Assembly (NCBI RefSeq): GCF_030503435.1
Contig: NZ_JAUKPO010000001.1
Coordinates: forward strand, 940,766-1,004,765
DNA from: Rhodocytophaga aerolata
GTDB taxonomy: Bacteria > Bacteroidota > Bacteroidia > Cytophagales > 172606-1
Direction of reading: 5' to 3'
Length of the DNA: 64,000 bases
The notes under the pieces are model-generated. The model worked only from the letters and a program-made list of their open reading frames with translations. It had not been told where the DNA came from and did no database searches. Each line of letters opens with the position of its first letter. Within the stretch, counting starts at the first letter, position 1. The position numbers and the translations under genes were made by a program. Positions 20,897-30,899 of this stretch are shown one piece after another.

Positions 20897-21277
20897 TTAC
20901 TCTTTAACAACCCCAGAAGAATCTCTTCTTTGAAAGATATGGTGAATATACCCTTCTTTGCCAACCGCATAGGTAGTTTCGTGAATCCATCCGTTTCTAT
21001 ATAGAAAATTAAAAATATCCATTTCGCTACCAAACGGACGATCTTTCCCTTGTATATTTTTTATACGGTTCTGCCGTAAATTTCGAAGCCGGATAACCTG
21101 TCCATAGTCAATTATAGCAAATACTTCTCCTTGTCCGAAAAGCCGCTGATCTATAATTAGTTCGATGTACCTGATGTCCTCATTCTTATTTATATCCTGG
21201 TTATTTACAATCACCTGAGCTTGCGAGAATACAGGCAAGCAGGCTATTGTGAAAAACAGCCAACACAATTGCTTCAT
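20897..21277 (-). CDS. Small secreted hypothetical protein
   Basis: The track ORF starts at a GTG overlapping the floA stop. The in-frame ATG at 21277 gives a clean signal peptide, MKQLCWLFFTIACLPVFSQAQ. Confidence 0.45.
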   Translation of the reverse strand: MKQLCWLFFTIACLPVFSQAQVIVNNQDINKNEDIRYIELIIDQRLFGQGEVFAIIDYGQVIRLRNLRQNRIKNIQGKDRPFGSEMDIFNFLYRNGWIHETTYAVGKEGYIHHIFQRRDSSGVVKE

Positions 21278-21333
21278 AGCAGACAGAACTTGATTACTAT
21301 AAAACTTTGCATAGCATAGGAAAGCAGCTATAC

Positions 21334-22320
21334 TCACGATTTCTTAGTGTCTTTGCCAGGATTAGCTATTGCATCCCGCATATCTGTATCGGCCTGGATA
21401 TTCTGCATCCGGTAATAATCCATGATACCTAGATTACCATTTCTGAAAGCTTCTGCCAGCGCTTTAGGTACTTCCGACTCTGCCTCAATTACTTTGGCAC
21501 GCGCTTCCTGCGCTTTGGCACGCATCTCCTGCTCCACAGCTACAGCCATTGCCCTCCGTTCTTCTGCTTTGGCTTCGGCAACTTTCAGATCGGCATTAGC
21601 CTGGTCTATTTGTAGTTTTGCGCCAATGTTTGCACCCACATCTATATCGGCAATATCAATGGAGAGAATTTCATAGGCTGTGCCAGCATCCAAGCCTTTT
21701 TGTAATACCAGACGTGAGATTTTATCCGGATTCTCCAGTACTTCTTTATGCGATGTAGACGAACCAATAGAGGTAACAATGCCCTCTCCTACCCTTGCCA
21801 GAATAGTTTCCTCTCCGGCTCCTCCTACCAACTGTGAAATATTTACACGTACCGTTACTCTGGCTTTGGCTACCAGTTGAATGCCATCCTGTGCTACGGC
21901 AGCTACATTGGGTGTGTTTATCACTCTGGGATTTACTGAGATTTGCACTGCTTCAAATACATCTCTTCCGGCCAGATCAATAGCGGCCGCCTGTTTAAAA
22001 GATAGATTAATATTTGCTTTATCCGCAGAAATCAGGGCTTTTATGACAGAAGGCACATGTCCGCCAGCCAGATAATGCGTTTCCAGATCAGCAGTAGTTA
22101 AGTTCAATCCTGCTTTGGTAGAAGTAATAAGGGATTGTACAATTAAGCTTGGGGGCACTTTCCGTATCCGCATAAAGACCAGTTCGAATAAGCCCACTTT
22201 TACGCCGGAAAAGATAGCGGTAATCCAAAGATTGACAGGTACAAAATATAAGAAAACAAAAAAGGCTACAATAGCCCCTAATATCAAAAATATAAGGTAA
22301 ACACCGGATGCTTCGCCCAT
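21334..22320 (-). CDS. floA: Flotillin-like protein FloA (YqfA/UPF0365, SPFH family)
   Basis: 328 aa. Near-colinear similarity to the B. subtilis FloA pattern ([37 protein letters not shown]). Confidence 0.9.
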   Translation of the reverse strand: MGEASGVYLIFLILGAIVAFFVFLYFVPVNLWITAIFSGVKVGLFELVFMRIRKVPPSLIVQSLITSTKAGLNLTTADLETHYLAGGHVPSVIKALISADKANINLSFKQAAAIDLAGRDVFEAVQISVNPRVINTPNVAAVAQDGIQLVAKARVTVRVNISQLVGGAGEETILARVGEGIVTSIGSSTSHKEVLENPDKISRLVLQKGLDAGTAYEILSIDIADIDVGANIGAKLQIDQANADLKVAEAKAEERRAMAVAVEQEMRAKAQEARAKVIEAESEVPKALAEAFRNGNLGIMDYYRMQNIQADTDMRDAIANPGKDTKKS

Positions 22321-22462
22321 AGCTTAAAAGAATTATATGTGAAGGAGTTAAAACTAAACTGCAAGTAGCCGCCTTGTTTTGGTATTGGAAGGCAGTATGC
22401 CATGTCTACCTGCTGTTTTTTCAAACAAGGTACACTCTTTTATAGACATATACTATTGAAAC

Positions 22463-22930
22463 CTATTCAGAAGCTGTAACAAAAATTTTATTTGTATCAA
22501 ACCGTACAATTCTAACCAGGCAACCAGCTTCTAAAAAGGGGCCTAAGGTATGCACTTCTACAATGGCTTCATTAAATTGAGCTTTTCCGGAAGGTTTCAA
22601 GGTAGATATTGCCTTGCCCATATCCCCAATTTTCAAAAGTACTTTGTTTTCGTCATTTACCTTACTGCTGATTGTGTGGTTCAGGGCAAACTTGCGCCAA
22701 ACGCCAGACCGTAAGCCATATACTAAGGCAATGCCAGTAAGGGCAACAAAGCCGCCAAGAATACTGAAACCCATTACAGCGCCTAAGCTTTTAAAGCTGA
22801 TAAATATACCAATGACAGCTAATATGAGCCCGGCAAGCCCAAAAATGGTGGTACCTGGTATAAAAATTATTTCTAATACAATAAGTGCTAAGCTAAACAC
22901 CAATAACACTATTATAGCCATCCATTCCAT
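22463..22930 (-). CDS. NfeD-family membrane protein (YqeZ/YqfB-like, OB-fold C-terminus)
   Basis: 155 aa. Two TM segments plus a C-terminal beta domain. Immediately upstream of floA on the same strand. Confidence 0.8.
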   Translation of the reverse strand: MEWMAIIVLLVFSLALIVLEIIFIPGTTIFGLAGLILAVIGIFISFKSLGAVMGFSILGGFVALTGIALVYGLRSGVWRKFALNHTISSKVNDENKVLLKIGDMGKAISTLKPSGKAQFNEAIVEVHTLGPFLEAGCLVRIVRFDTNKIFVTASE

Positions 22931-23040
22931 ATACAGTTCAAATTAAAGGTGCATTTTTATAATTAAATATAGCAAAAAGATATGAATAAATTCTACAGAA
23001 CTCAAACAATAGTTCATACAAGTATAGCCAAGCAAACAGG

Positions 23041-24675
23041 CTATTTTTTAGCTTTGTCCGCTTGTTTAACTCTATACAATATTACTGAATCTACGTCAGC
23101 TAGTTTTTCAAGCGGTGGTTTATTTTTTTTCTTCCATTGATCCCATTCCATAAAACTGCCAAAGGTTTCGCGGAAAGTATGTGGATTATACAGGACAAAT
23201 GTGCTGCTATAGGCTTCAGAATGTAGTCCATCTGCTTTGGCAAAGTCGGTAAACGTATAATTCGCTGGCGGCTGAAACTGGTAAAACCAGTTATAGGTTA
23301 AGGCTAAACGCTGGTCGGTAATTACCAGATGAGTACCGTTTGTATGGCTGAGATAGGTATTGAATAACTTTTTTTCGGCCTGGTACCCCCATTGCTGCGG
23401 ACGAAACATGCGGTATAATGGAATAGATAAACCGATAAGAACAAACAACAGGTGCATCGTCTGTAAGAAATACTTAAACCGATTAATGGCAGGCAATAAA
23501 GCTACAAAGGCGTAGGCAGTATATATCAACGTATATTTAGATTGCACCCAGAAGCAATAACCGGCAACGGCAGCAAACAATATAAACAACCAGATACGTG
23601 CTTTGGACGAATTTTCTGCTTTTACCCAAAAAAAGCCTGCTAATATAGCGAAGGGCGGCAGTAACGGAAAATACATCCTGGGCAGCAAGTTAAGCGGATT
23701 ATAATACCGCAGACTAGTAGTGCCAAAGTAAAAACACAAGAGAAACAGAACAGCAAACCAGCTCCAGAAATTCTCCATCGTTCCAAGACTGAATTTCTCT
23801 TTCCTGATACTGGCTAGAGCCATAACCAATCCTGGCAATATAGCCACCAACAACCCTGATTCAGTAAACATTTGCCAGGGTGCATAGGTAAGCCGTACAA
23901 GCAAGTAGGAAAAAGGTTTATCGTAATAACTTTCCGCATGCGTATAGTGGTTATCCATAATACTATTGAAGCGGTAAAAAGCATCGCCTGTATATAGATA
24001 ATAGATTAAAAAATAAGCAAAAAATAATACCAAGCCAGACAGGACAGTGCTATATGTAAATTGATGAGCAGCTTTGCTTCGTTGTAGCCATGCTTGTACT
24101 ACCAGAAAGCCGAAAAAGGGCCAGCAATACAGGCTGGTTTCTTTGGTCAGAAAAGCAGCAAAAAGCAAAGCAGCTATCCCTATGCCAGATTTTACCGGAT
24201 AAAGTTGCCTGTATTGCTGGGCAATAATTCCTGCCAAAAGACAAAAGAGGGTAACTAAGGTATCTGGAATGAGTTTATCAATAAAGAAAAGAAAATAGGA
24301 ATTTAACCCAGTAATTGCTACTGCATATAGGCATAGTGCCTTTTGTTTTCTCAGGTATAGAAAAAGTATGGTTAAAGTGCCTAAGAAAGCAGTTGCAGGT
24401 ATTAGTACAGCTGAAAAGTCATTGATACCAAATAAGGAAAAGGAACAAGCTAGTAGGGCGATAAAAACCAACCGATGTGTAAATGTATCATATATAACAG
24501 AAAAGCTGCCCTTCGTCAACTGAAAGGCAGCTCTTGCATATTCATAATCATCATAGAAATAATATCCACTGAATGTCCGCCAGATATACGTGCTGTAGCA
24601 TAAGATAATGCCAATGGCTACTAAGAAAGTATAGATAGATTGTGCTTTACTTATTCTTCCTTTTACCAGAGACAT
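23041..24675 (-). CDS. GT-C-fold glycosyltransferase (ArnT/PMT-like, family 39/83)
   Basis: 544 aa with about 12 TM segments. DDYEYARAA in the first periplasmic loop resembles the ArnT/PMT DE motif. Confidence 0.55.
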   Translation of the reverse strand: MSLVKGRISKAQSIYTFLVAIGIILCYSTYIWRTFSGYYFYDDYEYARAAFQLTKGSFSVIYDTFTHRLVFIALLACSFSLFGINDFSAVLIPATAFLGTLTILFLYLRKQKALCLYAVAITGLNSYFLFFIDKLIPDTLVTLFCLLAGIIAQQYRQLYPVKSGIGIAALLFAAFLTKETSLYCWPFFGFLVVQAWLQRSKAAHQFTYSTVLSGLVLFFAYFLIYYLYTGDAFYRFNSIMDNHYTHAESYYDKPFSYLLVRLTYAPWQMFTESGLLVAILPGLVMALASIRKEKFSLGTMENFWSWFAVLFLLCFYFGTTSLRYYNPLNLLPRMYFPLLPPFAILAGFFWVKAENSSKARIWLFILFAAVAGYCFWVQSKYTLIYTAYAFVALLPAINRFKYFLQTMHLLFVLIGLSIPLYRMFRPQQWGYQAEKKLFNTYLSHTNGTHLVITDQRLALTYNWFYQFQPPANYTFTDFAKADGLHSEAYSSTFVLYNPHTFRETFGSFMEWDQWKKKNKPPLEKLADVDSVILYRVKQADKAKK

Positions 24676-24733
24676 TCACAGATATACTTAGTAAACAGAC
24701 GGGACTAGCGTATAGACTTTCTACTTTTTCCGC

Positions 24734-26209
24734 TTAATACGCCCTGGCAAATACTACTCTTCTGCTGGAGGGTTTACCGCTATACATACATTTACCCTCT
24801 TCCGGCTGGGCATTTATTGGAATACACCGGATAGTAGCTTTGGTTTCGTCCTTTATTATTTCTTCTGTTTCGGAAGTACCATCCCAGTGTGCTAGAACAA
24901 AACCACCTTTGCTATCCAGCACTTCTTTAAATTCTGCATAGGAATCTACTTTTGTGGTGTTCGCCTGGCGGAAAGCTAGTGCTTTATTATAAATATTCTG
25001 TTGTATATCTTCGAGCAAGGTTTCTATATGGTTTGCCAGACCTTCCAGGGCATATACTTTTTTCTCCTTAGTATCGCGGCGGGCTACTTCAGCTGTTCCG
25101 TTTTCCAGGTCGCGTGGGCCTATTGCAATACGTACAGGCACGCCCTTCAACTCATAATCAGCAAATTTATAGCCTGGCGAATGCGTATCGCGGGTATCAA
25201 ACTTCACACTAATGCCCTTTGCTAACAGTTCATTCCTTACTACCTGCACCTTTTCGGAAATTTTGGCTAATTGCTCCTCGCCTTTAAAAATCGGCACAAT
25301 TACTACTTGGATAGGAGCCAGTTTAGGGGGTAACACCAATCCTTCATCATCAGAATGCGCCATAATTAAAGCTCCCATCAGCCTGGTACTTACGCCCCAA
25401 GAAGTACCCCACACATAATCTAATTTACCCTCCTTATTGGCAAACTTTACATCAAAAGCTTTCGCAAAATTCTGTCCCAAAAAGTGAGAAGTGCCAGCCT
25501 GTAAGGCTTTGCCATCTTGCATCAGCGCTTCAATGCAATACGTATCTTCAGCACCAGCGAAACGCTCATTGGGTGTTTTAACCCCTCGGATAACCGGCAA
25601 TGCCAAATGTTGTTCAGCAAAGGTAGCATAGACCTCTAGCATTTGCAGCGTTTCTTCTTGGGCTTCTTTTGCTGTAGCATGTGCTGTATGGCCCTCCTGC
25701 CAAAGGAATTCCGCTGTACGCAAAAATATTCTGGTCCGCATTTCCCAGCGTACTACGTTTGCCCACTGATTAAGTAGAATTGGCAGATCCCGGTATGATT
25801 GTACCCAGTTTTTATACGCACTCCATATAACTGTTTCTGAAGTAGGCCGGATAATTAGTTCCTCTTCCAGCTTTGCTTCCGGATCTACAATAACCCCGCT
25901 TCCATCGGGTGCATTTTTTAAGCGATAGTGTGTAACTACTGCACATTCTTTAGCAAATCCTTCTACGTGACTGGCCTCTTTACTCAGGTAAGATTTAGGA
26001 ATAAAAATTGGAAAATAGGCATTGGTATGCCCAGTATCTTTAAACATTTTATCTAATGCAGCCTGCATCTTTTCCCAAATAGAAAAACCATAGGGCTTTA
26101 TAATCATACAACCTCTAACAGGCGAATTTTCAGCCAAGTCCGCTCTTTTTACTAATTCGTTATACCACAGTGAGTAATCCTCATTTCTTTTAGGAAGTCC
26201 CTTGCTCAT
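24734..26209 (-). CDS. proS: Proline--tRNA ligase (archaeal/eukaryote-like type)
   Basis: 491 aa. Class II aaRS motifs and a C-terminal zinc-binding-like domain. Confidence 0.9.
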   Translation of the reverse strand: MSKGLPKRNEDYSLWYNELVKRADLAENSPVRGCMIIKPYGFSIWEKMQAALDKMFKDTGHTNAYFPIFIPKSYLSKEASHVEGFAKECAVVTHYRLKNAPDGSGVIVDPEAKLEEELIIRPTSETVIWSAYKNWVQSYRDLPILLNQWANVVRWEMRTRIFLRTAEFLWQEGHTAHATAKEAQEETLQMLEVYATFAEQHLALPVIRGVKTPNERFAGAEDTYCIEALMQDGKALQAGTSHFLGQNFAKAFDVKFANKEGKLDYVWGTSWGVSTRLMGALIMAHSDDEGLVLPPKLAPIQVVIVPIFKGEEQLAKISEKVQVVRNELLAKGISVKFDTRDTHSPGYKFADYELKGVPVRIAIGPRDLENGTAEVARRDTKEKKVYALEGLANHIETLLEDIQQNIYNKALAFRQANTTKVDSYAEFKEVLDSKGGFVLAHWDGTSETEEIIKDETKATIRCIPINAQPEEGKCMYSGKPSSRRVVFARAY

Positions 26210-26440
26210 TGTATTATCTGATAAATTTAGTAGAATTTTTCTGGTATAAATTTTGTTTAATTTGATAGGGCAAAAGTCTTATAATTTCATAACTTTAGGT
26301 AATATTTTTGCAAATTATTCACTTTTGCCGGTAACAGTACAGGGGCAAATATAGTTTATTATATAAACAACCACCCAACTATTAAAAAAACCGTATAAAT
26401 TATAAATTTCCGGGCATTGCCTACGTTAACTATAGTACTT

Positions 26441-27865
26441 ATGAAAACTACTCAATCATTAAAATACTTATTATTTGCGGGAATTGTTGGCGTCTGGGGA
26501 TGCAGTAGCCAGCAGTACTCGCAGAACCAGGAATATGATGACTTATATTTCTCCTCTAAAGATAGAGAGCAAGTAACGCTTACAGCTTCTGCCTCTTCCA
26601 CCGACTATTCCAATATTGAAAATAAAGGAGTAGCTAGTGAAGATTACAGTCAGAAAAACGTAAACCCAGAGTATATTCAGCAATATGCCGATCAGAACCG
26701 GCAAAATTCCAGCACAACTAATAATGATAGTTACAGTGCAGACGACAATTCTTATTACGATGAGAATTACAGCCGGAATAATAACCCGATCGGCTTAGCC
26801 AGAGGCTACGAAAGGTACAACAATGGCGGTACCACTGTTAATGTATTTCCTAGCATTGGCTTCGGTGGCGGATACTATGGTGGCTCTGCTTTTTACGATC
26901 CATTCTATGATCCTTATTTCTTTAATAATGGTTTTTACGATCCATTCTTCAACCGTCCATTTTATGGCCGACCAGGCTGGAATATCAACATAAGCTATAA
27001 CTATGGATGGGGAAACCCATGGGGCTGGGGAAGAAGTGCCTATTGGTATGATCCATTCTACAATCCTTACAGATCTTGGGGTTACTGGGGAGATCCGTAT
27101 TACAGTGGATTTTATAACAGACCTTACTACGGATGGGGTGGCGGATGGAATCGCAACAATGTGATAATTGTCAATCCAGGTAACGATAATGGTTCCCGTC
27201 AGGTACGGACTAGTCCACGTAGTAACAGAGGTTCCGCTGTTGTGAATGATAACTTCAACAATACACCAAGAACTACACGCGACACCCGTGGTGGAAGAGT
27301 AGATCAATCGGAAGGTGCTGCTGGTACTAATACATCCCCTAACTATTCTGATAATACAAACAGGAGACCGTCTAATGTCAGCACAGATGAAAGCAGACCT
27401 GCCAGAGCCATACGGCCTAGAAGTGATGCTAATCCTGACTATCAGCCACAAAACACTCAGCCGAGTTATAACAATAATTCAGGCAACAGAACATATTCTC
27501 CGAATGTGAATAATGGTTCTAACGATGGTGGTATAACAAATCCGCGTGCTGTACGTCCACGTAGTAATAATGATAGTTATCAGAACCAAAATAGCAACAG
27601 ATCCTACGATAATAATTCCAATAGATCCAGTGCGCCAACGTATAACAGCACACCTTCTTCCGGAAGATCACCCAGAACGTATGACAACTCCAGAAGCAAC
27701 AATAGCTGGAACAACAACTCTAGTAACGACAGCTATCGTTCAAATGGAAGTTTCAACAATAATTCGTCTGGTGGCTCTTATTCAAGTCCAAGTTCTGCAC
27801 CTAGCAGAAGCAGCAGTAGTGGTAGCAGCAGCGGCGGCAGTTCTCCACGAAGATCACCTAGATAG
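26441..27865 (+). CDS. Low-complexity N/S/Y/W/G/R-rich disordered lipoprotein
   Basis: The track start is a TTG; the ATG at 26441 gives MKTTQSLKYLLFAGIVGVWGCSS, a lipobox. Aromatic-Gly block with YDPFY / WGxxW repeats, then an S/N/R-rich tail with RPRS repeats and a poly-Ser end. Confidence 0.6.
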   Translation: MKTTQSLKYLLFAGIVGVWGCSSQQYSQNQEYDDLYFSSKDREQVTLTASASSTDYSNIENKGVASEDYSQKNVNPEYIQQYADQNRQNSSTTNNDSYSADDNSYYDENYSRNNNPIGLARGYERYNNGGTTVNVFPSIGFGGGYYGGSAFYDPFYDPYFFNNGFYDPFFNRPFYGRPGWNINISYNYGWGNPWGWGRSAYWYDPFYNPYRSWGYWGDPYYSGFYNRPYYGWGGGWNRNNVIIVNPGNDNGSRQVRTSPRSNRGSAVVNDNFNNTPRTTRDTRGGRVDQSEGAAGTNTSPNYSDNTNRRPSNVSTDESRPARAIRPRSDANPDYQPQNTQPSYNNNSGNRTYSPNVNNGSNDGGITNPRAVRPRSNNDSYQNQNSNRSYDNNSNRSSAPTYNSTPSSGRSPRTYDNSRSNNSWNNNSSNDSYRSNGSFNNNSSGGSYSSPSSAPSRSSSSGSSSGGSSPRRSPR

Positions 27866-27899
27866 TGACAGCCGCTATTGTTGATTAGACATTCTAGCT

Positions 27900-29435
27900 A
27901 TGCATAAAAGATTAATTATTGCCAGTATAGGAATTTTACTTCCTGTACTGGCTAGTTACGCCCAGACTGCAGAAGATGCATTACTGTTTTCTAATACCTC
28001 TGTTAATGGCACGGCCAGGTTTCAGGGAATGGGAGGTGCTCAAACAGCCTTGGGGGCTGATATCAGTTCTATTTCAGGCAACCCCGCTGGCTTAGGTTTT
28101 TTCCGCAAATCTGAATGGAGCATTACCCCTAGTATAGGTTTTTCCAATACCCAGTCTAATTACTTAAATACAGTTACATCAGATGGCAAAAGTTATCTAA
28201 ATGTAGCAAATATGGGTATTGTGTTTGCCAAGCCAAAAGATGCAATTGTTGGAGGAAAATGGCGCGGAGGTGCTTTCGGTATAAGCTTTAACCGGATGAG
28301 CAGTTATCAGAGACAGGTTTCTTATCAGGGTGTAAACAATGTAAATTCTCTTCTGGACTCCTTCACAGACCAGGCTACAGGTATTACATTAGGTGATTTT
28401 GAAGGAAGCCTGGGTCCTCCACGACTTCAAGCCGCTTTTGATACTTATCTGATCAATCCTTTCTCTAATGATATCAATGAAGATAGATGGTTCAGTTCAA
28501 TTGGAGAAATAGAAACTTCGCCGGGTCAATATATCCAGGCGCCGGTACAGCAAAATGAAACTATTAACTACACCGGAGCCCGTAATCAGTGGAATTTATC
28601 TTATGGAGGCAACTATGATGACAAGTTATATTTTGGCGCTTCTGTAGGAATTTCAAACATCCGTTTTGGCCAGCAGAACCGGTATAGAGAAGTAGTACAA
28701 GCAAGACCTGAAGATCTTATTGTAGATAATTTTACTCTTACAGAAGATATAGATGTGAGAGGCACCGGTGTTAATTTAACGGCGGGTATAATTTATAAAG
28801 CAAATGATATTATTCGCTTCGGAGCTTCGTTTACTAGCCCAACTTGGTACAGACTAACGGACAATTACATTCCTAGAATCCAAGCTAATTTTGAATATCC
28901 GGAATTTTTTGATCCTGCTATAGAACGTTACCAAGACAAGACTATTGAGGTGGAACCTTTACGGTATAACCTAACTACTCCTTTAAGTATATCTGGCGGT
29001 CTGGCTTTGTTTGCAGGTAAAAATGGCTTTATTACAGCAGATGTTACTTATAGCACCTATAATAGTATTCGCTTTGGCAATAGCAATGAAGTAGATTTTG
29101 GGTCAGAAAATGAATTCATCAGCCGAAATTATCAGCCTACCGTTAATGCCAGAATAGGAGGCGAGTTCCGGAAAGATATTTTCAGGCTACGTGCGGGCGC
29201 AGGTTATCAAACAGATCCTTACAAAGATTTAGTGGATGATTTAAATAGACAAGTATTAAATTTTAGCGCTGGCGCTGGTATTCGCCTGCCGGAGTTTTAT
29301 ATTGATTTAGCTGTAGTGCATAATCGTTTTGACAACGGATATACACCCTATACTATTTCAAATCAGGCTACACCTTCAGTCATTATAAAAAACCGGTTAA
29401 CGAATGCTGTGTTATCTTTTGGAATGTTCTTTTAA
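27900..29435 (+). CDS. Outer-membrane beta-barrel protein (FadL/OmpP1/PorV-like)
   Basis: Signal peptide ...LASYAQ. N-terminal FQGMGGAQTALGADISSISGNPAGLGF motif. Alternating beta-strand pattern ending in a terminal aromatic (GMFF). Confidence 0.55.
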   Translation: MHKRLIIASIGILLPVLASYAQTAEDALLFSNTSVNGTARFQGMGGAQTALGADISSISGNPAGLGFFRKSEWSITPSIGFSNTQSNYLNTVTSDGKSYLNVANMGIVFAKPKDAIVGGKWRGGAFGISFNRMSSYQRQVSYQGVNNVNSLLDSFTDQATGITLGDFEGSLGPPRLQAAFDTYLINPFSNDINEDRWFSSIGEIETSPGQYIQAPVQQNETINYTGARNQWNLSYGGNYDDKLYFGASVGISNIRFGQQNRYREVVQARPEDLIVDNFTLTEDIDVRGTGVNLTAGIIYKANDIIRFGASFTSPTWYRLTDNYIPRIQANFEYPEFFDPAIERYQDKTIEVEPLRYNLTTPLSISGGLALFAGKNGFITADVTYSTYNSIRFGNSNEVDFGSENEFISRNYQPTVNARIGGEFRKDIFRLRAGAGYQTDPYKDLVDDLNRQVLNFSAGAGIRLPEFYIDLAVVHNRFDNGYTPYTISNQATPSVIIKNRLTNAVLSFGMFF

Positions 29436-29474
29436 TTAGTAGTGTTTTCTTTTATATAAAGAAAGGAAAGTAAA

Positions 29475-29738
29475 GTGGATAATAAAGTATATGCAAGCTT
29501 AAAACAGAAACTAGACGAGCAATTTGCTTGGCCTATGTTGTATATGTTCAAGTTCATTGTTCCGGAAGCTAACAAAGATAAAGTAATCACTTTGTTTAAT
29601 AAACACGATGTTAGCAGCCGGGATTCTAAAAATGGGAATTACGTGAGCCTGACAATTCAGATGTTTATGAAATCAAGCGAAGACGTAATTGATGTGTATA
29701 AAAAAGCTTCTACTATAGAAGGTTTAATTGCTTTGTAA
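29475..29738 (+). CDS. DUF493/YbeD-family (UPF0250) protein
   Basis: 87 aa with a GTG start. Colinear with E. coli YbeD (FAWPMLYMFKFIVP ~ FPTPFTYKVMG; SKNGNYVSLTIQM ~ SKGNYHSVSITI). Confidence 0.7.
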   Translation: MDNKVYASLKQKLDEQFAWPMLYMFKFIVPEANKDKVITLFNKHDVSSRDSKNGNYVSLTIQMFMKSSEDVIDVYKKASTIEGLIAL

Positions 29739-29765
29739 AAACTAAATAATATAGGTATCAGGGAA

Positions 29766-29797
29766 AAGGATGAAGTTTAGACTTCATCCTTTTTTGT
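29766..29797 (+). terminator. Rho-independent terminator
   Basis: aaggatgaagt-ttag-acttcatcctt followed by TTTTTGTTTC. Confidence 0.75.
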
Positions 29798-30191
29798 TTC
29801 TATCTAATAGGTTTTCTTAACATTCGTAAAAAGCTACATTCAATAACTGTGAACATTGCAAGCTTAGGTTACCATTACCTGGTTTTTCCATTAACTATAA
29901 AATCAGTAGAATTGGCAGCACAAAAATTTATAAAAATTATTATACTTTATTAATCCGTATACATTGCCAATATCAAAATTATTTATATCTTAAAGCAATA
30001 ATTCATCACACATGAAAATGGCCAAAGACCCTTTCCTGGAACAAATGCTTACCCGATGCCCCTGGTCAGGTAAGAAATAGTGTGATATTCTTATGCCCGG
30101 ATATTCCTAAAACTCTATATTGAGGCCGGAAAATAGGTTCTACCCTTTGTCTGTATATCTTACAGCCTAACATTATTAAATTAAATTTCCT

Positions 30192-30893
30192 ATGAAAGAG
30201 TTACTAGAAGCTTCTGTTTCACTAGTAAATGTTATTCCTACGACTTTACTGGTTTTTGTGATTCTGTATTGGCTCATAGTTATACTCGGGCTGATAGATA
30301 TGGATGCCATAAATTTAGATCTGGACCACGATGTAACGGTGGAACATGAAATTCATACTACTTTCCACACACATGCCGATATTCCAACAAAAGATGTAGC
30401 TGTGAAGGAAATGCACAACACAGAAGTAGCCAACTCTGGTAATTGGATGCAGGCTGCGCTTGTATTTTTTAACCTGGGTAAAGTGCCTTTTATGGTATTT
30501 ATGAGCTTTCTGATTCTACCTATATGGGCTATTTCTATCCTAGTGAATCATTATTTGGGAAACAGTTCGATACTTGTTGCTATAGCATTATTGATTCCGA
30601 ATATACTTATCAGTTTCTTTATAGCAAAAATTTTGACTACCCCTTTTGTCAAGGTATTCAGTTACTTGCAAAACGATCCGGATAAACAGCAAGTTTTAGG
30701 GCAAATTTGTACAGTGCTCCTGCCTGCCGGTTCTGGAAAATTAGGCCAGGCGGTTATCAACAACAAAGGCAATACCATACTTTTAAATGTAAAGTCGGCA
30801 GATGGCCATACATTAGAAAAAGGAAAAAGTGCCCTTGTTCTTGAGTTTAATAAAGAAAAACAATACTATTTAATTCAATCCTTTGATCAATAA
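30192..30893 (+). CDS. NfeD-like / YuaF-like membrane protein with C-terminal OB-fold-like domain
   Basis: 233 aa. Three to four TM segments, a His/acidic loop (DLDHDVTVEHEIHTTFHTH) and a C-terminal beta-rich soluble domain. 7 bp upstream of the flotillin gene. Confidence 0.6.
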   Translation: MKELLEASVSLVNVIPTTLLVFVILYWLIVILGLIDMDAINLDLDHDVTVEHEIHTTFHTHADIPTKDVAVKEMHNTEVANSGNWMQAALVFFNLGKVPFMVFMSFLILPIWAISILVNHYLGNSSILVAIALLIPNILISFFIAKILTTPFVKVFSYLQNDPDKQQVLGQICTVLLPAGSGKLGQAVINNKGNTILLNVKSADGHTLEKGKSALVLEFNKEKQYYLIQSFDQ

Positions 30894-30899
30894 ACAACT

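Noticed and set aside
26795-27451. 218-aa antisense ORF inside the low-complexity lipoprotein gene
   Set aside because: Repetitive codons make the complementary strand stop-free by chance. The sense frame has a signal peptide and a lipobox.
30011-30079. 22-codon micro-ORF (MKMAKDPFLEQMLTRCPWSGKK) upstream of the NfeD-like gene
   Set aside because: It is too short and unconserved in appearance to call. It could be a leader peptide, but the sequence alone gives no support.
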